From contig NKIB01015315.1 of NCBI GenBank assembly GCA_002256025.1, forward strand, positions 1 through 36,579: a stretch of 36,579 bases of DNA. Reading direction: 5' to 3'. The position numbers and the translations under genes were made by a program. Positions 11,285 to 22,244 of the stretch are shown here, piece after piece (the stretch's first letter is position 1; the number at the start of each line of letters is the position of its first letter). The notes beneath the pieces were generated by a model. The model searched no databases, was not told where the DNA came from, and worked only from the letters and a program-made list of their open reading frames with translations. This stretch comes from Asterionella formosa. Lineage: Eukaryota.

Positions 11285-12666
11285 CATCTGCAAATAAAAA
11301 ATATCATGCATGTAGGATCAAGGGAATCATACGCTAAGTGGCACAGGATTTTTGTATATATGATAATTTTTGGATCAAAATTATGATCAAGGTATCCTAT
11401 GATAACTATGATGATTTAATAATATTTACCAACCTTGAAGTATAATGATAATAAGAACATTATCATCACACAATGTAAATCAACTGATCAACAACATTAC
11501 TCATCAACATCATAAACCTTCTCATATTATTTTCAATTCTCGTGATTGCCCAATGTAAATTATTACTGCAATGCATCCTAAAATCAGCTCAACTATATGC
11601 TATCATTTAAATTGTTTCATTGTAAATCTATCATAAACATGATCATAACTCTAATCACAAGCATTGTTCAAAATAGATTGAAATGGATCGTAATTTAACT
11701 ATCAAATTTAGCAATGCTATCTATTAATCTACATGCCAGCGACCCAACGTTTCTCTCTCTACTCGGCTCAATGTATATTGTTCCTGTCTCACCCTTTTCT
11801 TCCTCTTTTCTGAATCTTGTGCCAAGCCTTGTGCCAAGCCTTGTGCCAAGCAATGCCTTACTAATGTTGCGTCTCTCTCCCTGCTGTTAGTGTCATTCTG
11901 AACTCGCTTGCAGGCTATTCCGTTTGATCGGTTTTATTGTCCTATGCAGTTACAGTAACAATGAGAAGGAACGACTCGTTAGCTAGACATGTTACACTGA
12001 CACAACATCACGCCATTCCATCATATCCTCTTTCTTGCTTCACTTACCACAGCCAAATCAAAGCAAGTGATGTATAAGTCTGTAATAGTAAATTGTCAGT
12101 AAATTCTTGAATAAGTAAGTTTCAGGTTTCCAATGTTGCCAAATAAAACTTACCGATTCATTTTTGTTAGCTTAACTTTGAGAGAAGGTAAAGTGGCGTG
12201 TCCGTCAGTTATGTTCCATCAGAAGTGAATAAGTCCAATGACAAGAGCACTTACCAATTTTGTTTTGTTTTACATTGGTGCTCCCCAACAAGCGAAACGA
12301 GCTGTTGATTTAACTGAGAAAAAAGGAAATGTGCGTTTAGTTTACAATTTGTTGTTGTCCTGCCTCCAAACGATTTTCATCCAAGTACCAAATTGATGGC
12401 TTCATTACCTTAAACATACTCCATCCTTCGAAGGCGCAATGTGTCGAGGCCACAATGTTTTTCGTTATTGCGTAAACTTTTCCTTACTTGTCATGTGCTT
12501 TACTATGATATTTCTTTTCATGAAGCAGGCATTGTTTGTTAACATACAGAACGATTTCAAATATATTTGCCATGTATATAGTTATAAAATTTGTAAATAT
12601 TAAAAAAATATATCATGTGTTGTACATTTGTAAAAATCAAAGGCACTCTCAATATGGAACATCTGT
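11285..12666. mobile_element. Second, inverted and diverged copy of the DNA-transposon arm at 135-1603
   Basis: It starts CATCTGCAAATAAAAAATATCATG. Blocks at 11950-12050, 12060-12160 and 12540-12666 match the reverse complements of 945-1030, 690-935 and 135-260. Confidence 0.7.
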
Positions 12667-12930
12667 TATTGTTGAGATGATCATATTCGCAAATCGCCAG
12701 CAGTTTCTGCGAATTTTTTTTTGGGGGGGGGGGGTTGACGCGCACCCCTTTGGTCGTGTTTCGCCAACCGTGTGTACGTACCTACTGGTACCGTCCTTAC
12801 CTTCCCAGTCTGCAGTAGAGTAATATTAAATCTACATACAGCAACAAAGATTCAATATAAACAGATAAATAATATCATGAGTATTCATTTAGGGATACTC
12901 CTGATTTTATATGTATTTTGGCGTGGAACA

Positions 12931-13230
12931 AAATTATGTCTACATACAGCAACGAAGATACAGTATAAACGTTTAAATATCATTTTTTTAAAAATGGAAC
13001 TTTGTCTATCTGGCGCCGACTCCTATTTAATTCAAATATTCAGATGGACACTCGAATCATGGGAACTCATAGCAGCAAATTATGTCTACATACAGCAACG
13101 AAGATACAGTATAAACGTTTAAAAAATATCATTTTTGTTTGTTTAAAATGGAACTCTGTCTATCTGGCGCCGACTCCTATTTAATTCAAATATTCAAATG
13201 GACACTCGAATCATGGGAACTCATAGCAGC
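12931..13230 (+). repeat. Near-identical tandem duplication (~146-154 bp x2), with a partial third copy at ~12831-12872
   Basis: AAATTATGTCTACATACAGCAACGAAGATACAGTATAAACG...TGGCGCCGACTCCTATTTAATTC...GGGAACTCATAGCAGC at 12931-13076 and 13077-13230. Confidence 0.92.
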
Positions 13231-13309
13231 AAACTCCCTGTTCCATGCCGTTTTTACAACCCTAGCGACGCTTTCTACAAACTAGGGTTAAGCCGAGGGC
13301 CGCAACCTT

Positions 13310-13845
13310 AAGTCAGCAGTTAGTAAGTTGAAGTCAGCAGTCAGAGATTTCATATCAGCAGTCAGCGCTTTTTTCAAATTTTCAGAGAATCTCAAGTCAG
13401 CAGTCAGCAAACGAAAACCCTAGTTGAAAGCATTTTTACGATAGTGCATAGTGGTAGCAATTTGAAGAAGTAGATAGCAATGATATTTTTCAGGCATCAA
13501 TGTCTATTTCAAATTTTATAATAACGTACGGAATACCAGGTACCTCTGTGTTAGTCGCTACAGTATGAGCGTAGAGGGCATTGCTTTTAGTATCCCAACA
13601 ATGAAAAGATGCTTCCATCGTTATCAAATATGAAAAGTAAACATGACTTGTACACTGGTACCGGTAGTTGTTCTCTTCCTATGTACAAAGTAGGTTGCTT
13701 GACATCAGCAAGTTGAAGTAAGCAGTCAGCAATTTCATGTCAGTAGTCAGCAAATGAAGTCAGCAGTCAGCGAATATTTCAAATTTTCAGCAAATCAAGT
13801 CAGCAGTTAGCTACAAGCAGTCCGCAATCAGCAAGTTGAAGTTGC
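13310..13845 (+). repeat. Two arrays of AAGTCAGCAGTCAGC-type short repeats (13310-13410 and 13700-13845)
   Basis: Repeated GTCAGCA heptamers, with a shared TTTCAAATTTTCAG spacer in both arrays. Confidence 0.8.
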
Positions 13846-14004
13846 TAAGAAGTGATTCTGCTGTGACAGGTGGCGCTTTTCCGTTTGAAAATTGATAACG
13901 GTTACAGGTGATCTAAATAAATTGAAATTTTTTGAGATTTTTCATCATTTCGGAATTGATGAGCCGGACAGCAGACTTCCAATGAAGTAGGTTGAAACCG
14001 CAAT

Positions 14005-14475
14005 GTGGAATTTTTAGTTTATAGTTCGCGCAATTCGCTAATGACTGGACCTTCCAGGGTTGGGCGAAAGCTGTCTTGGAATCGTCAGTGTGCCAAGAAG
14101 CATGTCAGTGTAAGTGTATCTGACGAGGAGGTCTTTTCGTTGTTGGTCTTGGAGAATTGTTGGGATGTCTGGTTGCATAAGGAAATGATGAAGGGTCATG
14201 AAGATGATACTCCTGCACCAAAATACGTTTATACCGGTACTGGAGGACAGGGAAAGAGATATTGGGGCTGGGACTCAAAGGAAAGGACCAGGTTCAATAG
14301 TCTATATGACCTCCTAGTAGTGATTCATCAAAGGAAAACTGCCATGAGTAGACAGCTGGAGATCAGCGTTAAGTCCAATCTTCTTGTTTTGGCTGGAGTT
14401 CAACAAGGTAAGTCACTTTGGGAAATAGAACAAAGTGGTATTGTTGAGCTGAGGGTCATGGAAAAGATTGACTAA
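14005..14475 (+). pseudogene. Fragment of a transposon-associated protein of the SDEAFxLLxLEN..W...GWSxxGxxRFNxL type
   Basis: VSVSDEEVFSLLVLENCWDVW...PKY...YWGWDSKERTRFNSLY resembles a motif pattern I recall from repeat-associated hypothetical proteins of stramenopiles. The ORF-track start is GTG, so it is probably 5' truncated. Confidence 0.5.
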
Positions 14476-16335
14476 CTAATGGACATTTTCATTTAAGCTA
14501 CACCAGGGAATAACAGTGTGACTGTCATTAGAGTTCGTAATGATCTAGTTGCCATTTCTCTTTCAGTAGTAAGCACAACTCCGGCATCTTCCATCTGTGG
14601 ATTGACTCCACAAGTCATTTCAGGAAGAAATACAAAGATAACAACTAGTAGGAGTACTAAGAGTGCAAAGAGTTCGAACGTGATTATTTACTTTAGAAAC
14701 AATTCAATCGTTGACAGCTACTCATCCTTTGCTTTCTTAATATTGTACTTGCTAGCTGCTTCGAAGGTACATCGACACTTGCCACTGCGGGGAGAAGATT
14801 CCACGAAATGCACTTGCTGCAGCACAGCTTCATGATCCTCAGCATGCTGCTGAAGCTGCAGGTGATTCTGTGGCCATTGGGATCACCATGACGATCTAAC
14901 CATTTGACTTGAAAGTTGGAGGAACATCATGATGATGGAAGGTGCGGAATCATAAAAATATGTTTTTAGTAAAAAGGTATAACGAAATAGAAGTGCTTTA
15001 ACACATGACCTAATCCGTCCTCGAAAATGTATATTGATTTATGTACATTTATCTAGAAAAAGTATATTCTTTTATGGCCCATTTAAATCACTTCTTAGCT
15101 GTTTTATGATCATTGTATCTTTTGATGGAATCTTTCAATTATAATTTCAACACGACAGCTTAATTGATCGATGATGTTCTGACACTATCGAACAGATTGG
15201 TCCAAAATTTGATAGAATTTACCTTTAGTTGGAGAAGTTAAACAAACACCCTAACTCAATGGGTCATAGCATTTTTTGCTGGTACCATATTTGCACAAAA
15301 GTGTTGCAATCTGCACAATGAGGTAGTCAAGGGCATCCTGGATTACGTTTTTCACTAAATATTTACCAAATCCATAAGCGTTTCTATCGGACTAATAATT
15401 TTGTGGGATAAAAAAGTTTTTGTGGCAAAAATAGGGTTCTTCTGGCGCGGTCTGGAGTGTTGGACAAGTGTACAATGCTGAGGACCTCCAATTTTAGCAC
15501 CTGCCTTTAACTACAATTAGGTTGCCCCAGGAAATGTTGCCTTTTGTGTTACCTTCTTTGCCCAATATTCTCGTTGCATTTCACCCTCCCGAACATTATT
15601 TACATGTTCACTTCCCTCTTTCCGTAAAGCGTCCTGGCTAGGTTGATTCTCCATGAGTGACATATTGTCAGTGGAGCAAGTGAACCAGTTTCTCTCTGAT
15701 TTGATGGATTATAATTCTTGAAATGCTTGTATGATGCAATATCGAACAGCTGACAAGATGGTTCCTCCAGTATTTCAAGAGGATGCTTTATACAGTCCAA
15801 AAATCAGTATTGTGGCTTAATGTCATAATGGCCAAACCTGGCTTATTGTCACTTTATAAGTGCAGTGATGGATGGAGGAGAAGAAATTAAGTGTGCCAAG
15901 CCATCATTTGAATCTTCGCTTTTAATAATTTGCTCAAAGGCAACTCCATTGCGGTCATGCTCATAGTCCTTCAGAGTGATATTGACTTGGTGCCAAGGTA
16001 ACAAACCTTCCAGGATAGATAAGGAACAGAAATCCCGACGTTTTCTTTCTTGGCTTAGCAAAGGATGAATATCGGAATAGAGGTTCCATATTCAGTACTT
16101 CAGATCTCTTAGAGTAAAGGTTCCATTTTTAGTACTTTGGAGGCCACATGAGCCACTTTCATACTCAGGACATTCATTCTTGACGGGTTTCGGAAGATAA
16201 GCATATAACTGCAGCAGTGTGGCACAACAAGCAGTAGTGTAATGAAAGATGATTATGATATGATATGTGTTTTTTTGCTGCTTGTTGCTGTGCATTGCAA
16301 ACATCATTCTGTTGAATTATGCATTTCTAAAAGTA

Positions 16336-16601
16336 GATGAAAAATTTCGTTGTTAATATTAGTGCTATACCAATAGTTCTAATACAGTTGTATTTTCGAT
16401 GTCGCTCTAGATATACTTATCAAATAGGAAGGCGTCGTTCTCGACTTTCGCAGAGATTTCCTATATTTTCGTTTCGTCATGGTCAAGGCAGCGACAACAT
16501 GATGCAAGATGCTCCCTAGCCAGACATGACGATTACACTATATTGATAAATTCATAGAAAAGAATTGCTAAATAGTTATGTACAAGGGCCAACGAGGGTT
16601 C
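16336..16601 (+). repeat. Dispersed non-coding module, copy C
   Basis: TTTCGTTGTTAATATTAGTGCTAT...GGCGTCGTTCTC...TTTCGTCATGGTCAAGGCAGCGACAACATGATGCA...GCTAAATAG...AACGAGGGTT. Confidence 0.8.
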
Positions 16602-16682
16602 CTTCGTTTCTCCTTGCTTCTGATGGTGATGCATCTGAGCTATACAACGGTACAGACACACATGCACATTTTAAAGTGACAA

Positions 16683-16773
16683 AGAGCGAGAATCTTCTGA
16701 CAAAAAATCGTCTGACAGAATATCTTCTGACAAGAAATCTTCTGAAACAATTTTGCTCATGTCTGAAACAATT
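16683..16773 (+). repeat. Short tandem array (AATCTTCTGACA-like), typical of a DNA-transposon end
   Basis: AATCTTCTGACAAAAAATCGTCTGACAGAATATCTTCTGACAAGAAATCTTCTGAAACAATTT...TCTGAAACAATTT. Confidence 0.65.
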
Positions 16774-17057
16774 TGTATGTGCCTATATATAACAATGATT
16801 GTACATTTCTTATCATAAATTCTGATAAATTTTACCGTTTTACACTAATATTCTTCTAAATGACGACTTATTTTGGACCGAAACATATCGCTCAAAGCAA
16901 TTGATTTGGCGAACATCGATTTCACGGGTCTGCGCCAAGCGTTATTGAATTAACCGCTAACGCTCCAGCTTATTTCTGTTCGAATTCCTGTGTCCTCTGC
17001 TCGTCAGCCGTAAACCAGCAAAATTACCGGAACTTGCAGGTAACGGAAGTACCGTAA

Positions 17058-17335
17058 CCCTCGTTAGCGCTACATGGTAAACTATTATTTAGCTGAAATA
17101 CTGCGATTCTTTTGTCCATAAAAAATGCCATAGTGTAGTTGTTGTGATCATCTGGAACATTCTGCATCATGTTGTCTCAGCCTTGACCATGACGAAAACG
17201 GCGGAAATCGCTAAGAAAATTGAGAAAGACGCCTTACTTTTTGGTACATATATCAAGCACAACAACGACAATACAACAATAAAAGAATTATTGTAATAAC
17301 ACTGATTTTGACAACGAAAACGGAAATCGTCGATG
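17058..17335 (-). repeat. Dispersed non-coding module, copy D (inverted)
   Basis: The reverse complement reads TTTTCGTTGTCAAAATCAGTGTTATTAC...AAGGCGTCTTTCTC...TTTTCGTCATGGTCAAGGCTGAGACAACATGATGCAG...ACAAAAGAATCGCA...AGCTAAATAAT...TAACGAGGGTT. Confidence 0.8.
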
Positions 17336-18666
17336 GCACATTTCTTCTACACACTAATCTATAGCTGCACAATTCAAAACGATGCTATTGCAAACAGATT
17401 CGACATTTTCGCAGTAGCTGAGCAATGAATATGACAACGACTATATCAATAACATGATTAGTTGAAGCAAAAAATATTAAAATAGTTATTTATCAACTAA
17501 GAATTGATCGATAATACCACTGGCAATTTGTGTAATTGTGGACGCAGGTGTCAACACCAACAAATGCATGTGCTGTTCTTTGGCAGTCGATATCAAGGAA
17601 GAATATGACAGAGGAACAAAAATAATAATTGAATCGAAATTAATGACTCTCTATTTAATTATGCCGTGAGACCAGCATTATATCGCCGTGAAGTGAGGGT
17701 TAGTTGGTAAAAAAATAGTTGCAAACTCACATAATTATTGGTTTGATCAAATATCTATTTGATAAGTAGAATAAATTTTGTTTTAGAACACATAAATTTT
17801 GGTTTGACCAAAATGAATTCCAGAAAAAGAAGCATTAATTTATTAGAAAAGTAGCATTAATAGCTTACTTTAGACACAAATTCAAAAAAGAGCCGAAAAC
17901 GGCATCTTAGATGGTTAGATTTGTCTGAACACACCAGGCTGTTAATGCCAGGAAGTGCCATGCAAGCTGCCCTATCTCCAATAGAGTAGTTTTAAGGTGC
18001 TTTAAAAGTGAAGTTATTATATTTTTTTGCAAGAAATATGGCATTGTCATGTTACTGTATAAAAAAGATTGTCAATCAAATCTCATAATACATTAAGGCT
18101 TTCCAATAATTGCACTTATGCCCAAATAAGTGGATACAATTAGTACTGGTTTTATTCCTCATCAGTATGTTGCAATGGGACCTGTCTTCTTGTCATCTTT
18201 CTGTATATGTTACATATTGAGTGAATTGGCCACAGTTGATAAATTGCATAACAAAAGCGAAATGATATGTACCAGCTGGTGGCAATGACCTAAAATCATC
18301 AAAAACCTGCTTCTACAAGAGGGAGTATAGACCAACAATTCCGCAGTAGCAGCTCCTCACCTACACCACACATTGTTAATATCAGTTCATATCACTCAAA
18401 CGACAATTCAAAAACCACAACCACCATCTAGACAGCCGAAAAAAGTGTTTCAGTCAACATAGTCAGGGCCAAGGAACTGCACAATGCTAGAAAAAATCCG
18501 CAGCATTCGCCAAGTTTCATTCTCTATGTATGAGTATAACTTGCATAAATATACAATAGTGGGCATAACTTGTGACCGTCCCCACCAGACTCACGCAGTG
18601 AATGGTGTTGAGGGATCGGAACCTTTTCAGCATTGGTTATCAATTTGAGAGTTAAACTATTGGGTT

Positions 18667-19386
18667 TTATAGCATCTTCTTGATAAATGCATTGATTTCT
18701 TCGCCACGACTACCGGATTCACCACCTTCCATGAAATGAAGCATTTTGGTTTTGGACGAAAACCCTCCGACTGGGTTGTTCAGCTTGAAAGGCCACAAAA
18801 AGTTGTTTGCCTTTTTAAAGTTTGGTCCAACAGTAACGAGCTCGTGAATCAGGTCGGCAGCACAGCAGATACCAACGTCTCCTAGGCCTTCTTCAATGAC
18901 GGCGTTGTCTGCAATGGGGATGCGCTGCTTGTTCAGCTTTCCAAAGCCACGCTTGTAAACAAGCTTCTCTACTGTCGTTCGGGTTGGGTGACCGTAGGTA
19001 ACGTAGGGTTCAATCAACCGGAGCATACGGATGGTCGCTTCGTTGAGGCGAACAAAGGTGGCATTGTGCAATTGACGCAGGCGAAACAACTGCATCACCT
19101 TCTTGGCCTTGGGAGATACTCCAATGGTACCGCGGATGCGAATCACGAGGCATAGCTTGGGTTGAGCAGGAACATAGAAACCTCCCTGGAGCTTGGCTTG
19201 TCGGCGGTTCTCCACAGCGGCCTTGTCGGCTGCTGCGTACTCTTCTTGGTACTTGGCAGCGTTGGCCTTGAACTTAGCCAGATCCGTGACAGCCTTGGCC
19301 TCGGCTTCCGTGGCGGCAGCGGCCTTGGCGGTGGCGATCTTGGCCTGGGTGGCTTCCTTCTTCAACACGGATTCGGGGGTCTTCAT
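18667..19386 (-). CDS. RPL7: 60S ribosomal protein L7 (uL30), intronless, 239 aa
   Basis: MKTPESVLKK start (ATG at 19386), FYVPAQPKLCLVIRIRG, LFRLRQLHNATFV, IEPYVTYG, YKRGFGKLNKQRIPI, TVGPNFKKANNFLWPFKL and GSRGEEIN are canonical uL30 motifs. Codon bias is strong. Confidence 0.97.
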   Translation of the reverse strand: MKTPESVLKKEATQAKIATAKAAAATEAEAKAVTDLAKFKANAAKYQEEYAAADKAAVENRRQAKLQGGFYVPAQPKLCLVIRIRGTIGVSPKAKKVMQLFRLRQLHNATFVRLNEATIRMLRLIEPYVTYGHPTRTTVEKLVYKRGFGKLNKQRIPIADNAVIEEGLGDVGICCAADLIHELVTVGPNFKKANNFLWPFKLNNPVGGFSSKTKMLHFMEGGESGSRGEEINAFIKKML

Positions 19387-20076
19387 GGTATTCGTTTGAT
19401 CGATGCGATACAGCAAAGTATATGCGGCGATAGTAACCAGCGGTTTTGAGCGCTGAAACTATCCTTCGTAGACTGTACAAGAATGTCGTATAATTCAATA
19501 AGTTTAGGAAGTGGTAAGTGTTGCGAAGTCAAACGAGTCGGACGAAGAGAGCCGTAGGATTCTAGCATGGATATGCCATTTTGTAATTACATAAATGGAT
19601 ACATACATAAATGCGTGTAAACATATATACCGGTAGGTACATATGTACAAACACATACATATTTAGGCACATATGTACAAATTCATATATATATGTACAT
19701 GTGTACAAATCCATACATACATAGATACAGACATACCGGTACACTGTATATAATGGTTTCAGGCGTGGTCCTTTTTTCTTTGCTTTTCTCATGTACCGTT
19801 ACGGGTGGTAGTACCATACCGGTACTCTGTAAAAAGGAGTCTAACTCAGTTACGAAAAATTTTATGAACCGGTAGTACATGGTAAAATAGATATACTGAA
19901 AATCGTTTAAAGGCAAGGCATCGATATTAAAGGTCAAGGCATTTCAAACATTATGTATCTCCTATGGCGCAGCCTTCGAAAAGGTTCAAGATCACTTCCC
20001 TTCATAAACAGTACTGCATCATTGTAGAATAATGAAAGCCTGTAATTGTAATGATTGAAGCGAAAATGAATTATGC

Positions 20077-21087
20077 TTACTGCAACTTGCTTTCTGCGTG
20101 CTTTGTTCTCCTCTTTGGTCGGGTGGGCAATGTCATATTTGAATCCTTACGAATGTACAAATCACTCTTGTGAATGATCCCGCTATATCGCCGATATCCA
20201 TTGGCCTTCATAATGGCTCTGACTTGGTCTCTTGACTTACAAACGTCCTTGCATATTGCATTTCGACTTTTTATCATCAGGACATCGATGTTGACTTTGC
20301 TAAAATCAATGGTTGCCAGTACAAGCGATTCAGTCCCTTTGAGTTCGAGACTGACGAAATCAATGTGACGTGACGGAAAGACATCTTCCAAGACGGGTCC
20401 CAAAGGACCGCATGGAACCTCGAACAATGGAGCTTTGGTCGTATCGCCCTCCTTACTTATCCTGGAATTGGTAAGCTTGATGTTACTCCTAAAGGTCATG
20501 GTTGTTTCGTTCCATCCCGTACAGGAAGGAGAAAAGAAAATACTACCAGCGTTTGGTCGATTGGTCTTAATTTTGTCGACCAATCTAGGATCGGCCTCAA
20601 TGAGTAGGCCGTTCCACCCTAAGCATTCATCCAAGAATCTTGTATTGGATTCCCTTTTTCCATCAAAGGCACCGAGTTCTACATAAGTTCCGTGGGGTCT
20701 ATTGCGAAATAACTCCGTGTATATTTTCTTGTCTTGTCCATCGACCGATCCTTCGGTCTTGGCAAGTGCAAAAAAGTCTGCGAAATCGGGCGCTTTGCCA
20801 CAAAGGCCAGTTGTGTTCCTGCTGACGGAGGGAGGTGGGTTGTAGTAGCTGTATGTGCTGTTATAGAAATCCATCCGTTCGTCGAAGGAGTCATCTCTTG
20901 CCGTCTGCAGCGGAATGGCGATGCGACCACTCAGAGGATGGAGCAGGAGTCCAAAGTACACACATGGACCCAGGACTCCAAGTGCCAGGGCCGGTAGGAG
21001 CAGATCAACACGTTGATGGCGGCTGCTTATGGATGACCCATTCTTCTCCTTGAGTGGAGACTCGCCTCCGAATTCAAAGCCTACCAT
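20077..21087 (-). CDS. FkbM-family (Methyltransf_21, Star-like) SAM-dependent methyltransferase with N-terminal membrane anchor
   Basis: GTYVELGAFDGKRESNTRFLDECLGWNGLLIEADP, VPCGPL, HIDFVSL and VLATIDFSKVNIDVLMI. Hydrophobic segment LLLPALALGVLGPCVYFGLLL. Confidence 0.88.
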   Translation of the reverse strand: MVGFEFGGESPLKEKNGSSISSRHQRVDLLLPALALGVLGPCVYFGLLLHPLSGRIAIPLQTARDDSFDERMDFYNSTYSYYNPPPSVSRNTTGLCGKAPDFADFFALAKTEGSVDGQDKKIYTELFRNRPHGTYVELGAFDGKRESNTRFLDECLGWNGLLIEADPRLVDKIKTNRPNAGSIFFSPSCTGWNETTMTFRSNIKLTNSRISKEGDTTKAPLFEVPCGPLGPVLEDVFPSRHIDFVSLELKGTESLVLATIDFSKVNIDVLMIKSRNAICKDVCKSRDQVRAIMKANGYRRYSGIIHKSDLYIRKDSNMTLPTRPKRRTKHAESKLQ

Positions 21088-21488
21088 GGTTGATGAGTGG
21101 GGTGATGAAGTTATAACAGAGTTAGGAATTGATTTGATTCTTTGATTTGATTTGTTAGTAGCTCTGATGGTGCTGAGATGAAAATCTGAACCATCTCAGT
21201 GTCAGTCCTGCTGATATTTATGTTATTGCTGACACTCATTTTGATGCTGAGGCCTTTCCATCCCTCAGCAGGTGTCGCTCACACACCCTATCTGTAATAA
21301 GTTGCTGTATGAATACCACGCGGACATTTAAGTCTACGTATAATGATTATATCCCTTGCAGCGGTCATTGCAGTCATATAGCGGTCATATGACTTGTTCT
21401 GTAGTGGTATCGTCATTTGCGCGTTGAAACTTCACGGATGGCTGACTTATTGCCGGGGACACGCAGACCACTGAACTTTCGGTACCAA

Positions 21489-21576
21489 CAAGTTGCAGTA
21501 ATTGTGCTGAGACAAAACCTTTAGCTCTCTTTATCCTATCTTTAATTGTTTATTTAAGCCAAATGACCGCAACTTG
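21489..21576. mobile_element. 88-bp mini-MITE, copy 1
   Basis: Terminal inverted repeats CAAGTTGCAGTAATT and AATGACCGCAACTTG. Collinear with 24462-24549. Confidence 0.75.
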
Positions 21577-22244
21577 CAGGGTTCCTGGTACCAGGGAACC
21601 AGGTACCTGGTAGTCACATATGTCGGTACCGGCAGTAGCCGTTGAAGAACTGGTTGAGCTATTCTTTTAGCTTTTGGTTGGATGCATTCCCAGTATTCCT
21701 AGTTTGTCATTTCACTTGGTGCTTCATTCCCTCTGACAATGGTCATGATGAATATCTCTCCAGAAGATCAAATTTGTCTCTTGCATGCAATGATAGCTGT
21801 ATCTGGCTGACCATCATGAACCAATGCAATGTCAGTGCACACAACAAAACAACAAGGCACCTCAGCTTTGTGTAAAATGATTTTTTCAAGGCTGGTGCCA
21901 TCATAGCTAAGCAAACACGCACATACATTTGCACCAGAAATACTCAATTGAGGGTACAGCACAGTTAAATTGGTTTCAATGATGGGGTTGGTCAACAAGG
22001 TGCTCCCTCTCATGAGTTCTACCTTTTTTGTCTTCTGTTTCCAATCATCATAGTTTGTAAGTGTTGTTGAGAGTGAAAAAGAGGCAAACAGATACCAGAA
22101 GCATCAGTCTTGGATGCAAAACAGAAAACATGAAGGAAGGACATGGTTATGGATGGCTGGACCCTTCAGCTTGTTGCTGAAGCAGGATGCCTGAGAAGCA
22201 TCAAGGAAGGAAAATCAAATGAGGATACTATGCGCTAACTACTG

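Noticed and set aside
11819..11851. GTGCCAAGCCTT repeated three times as a regulatory or CRISPR-like array
   Set aside because: It is a simple slippage repeat with no spacers.
13310..13845. CRISPR array
   Set aside because: The repeats are short and irregular, with no unique constant-length spacers or cas genes, in a eukaryotic context.
15600..16130. Minus-strand coding remnant
   Set aside because: It looks protein-like but is broken by stops, and I could not recognise a family.
19387..19416. Upstream extension of RPL7 given by the ORF track
   Set aside because: It begins at TTG; the first ATG (19386) gives the expected N-terminus.
19580..19880. ORFs upstream of RPL7
   Set aside because: Low-complexity CATATA/TGTACA microsatellite-like DNA produces spurious ORFs.
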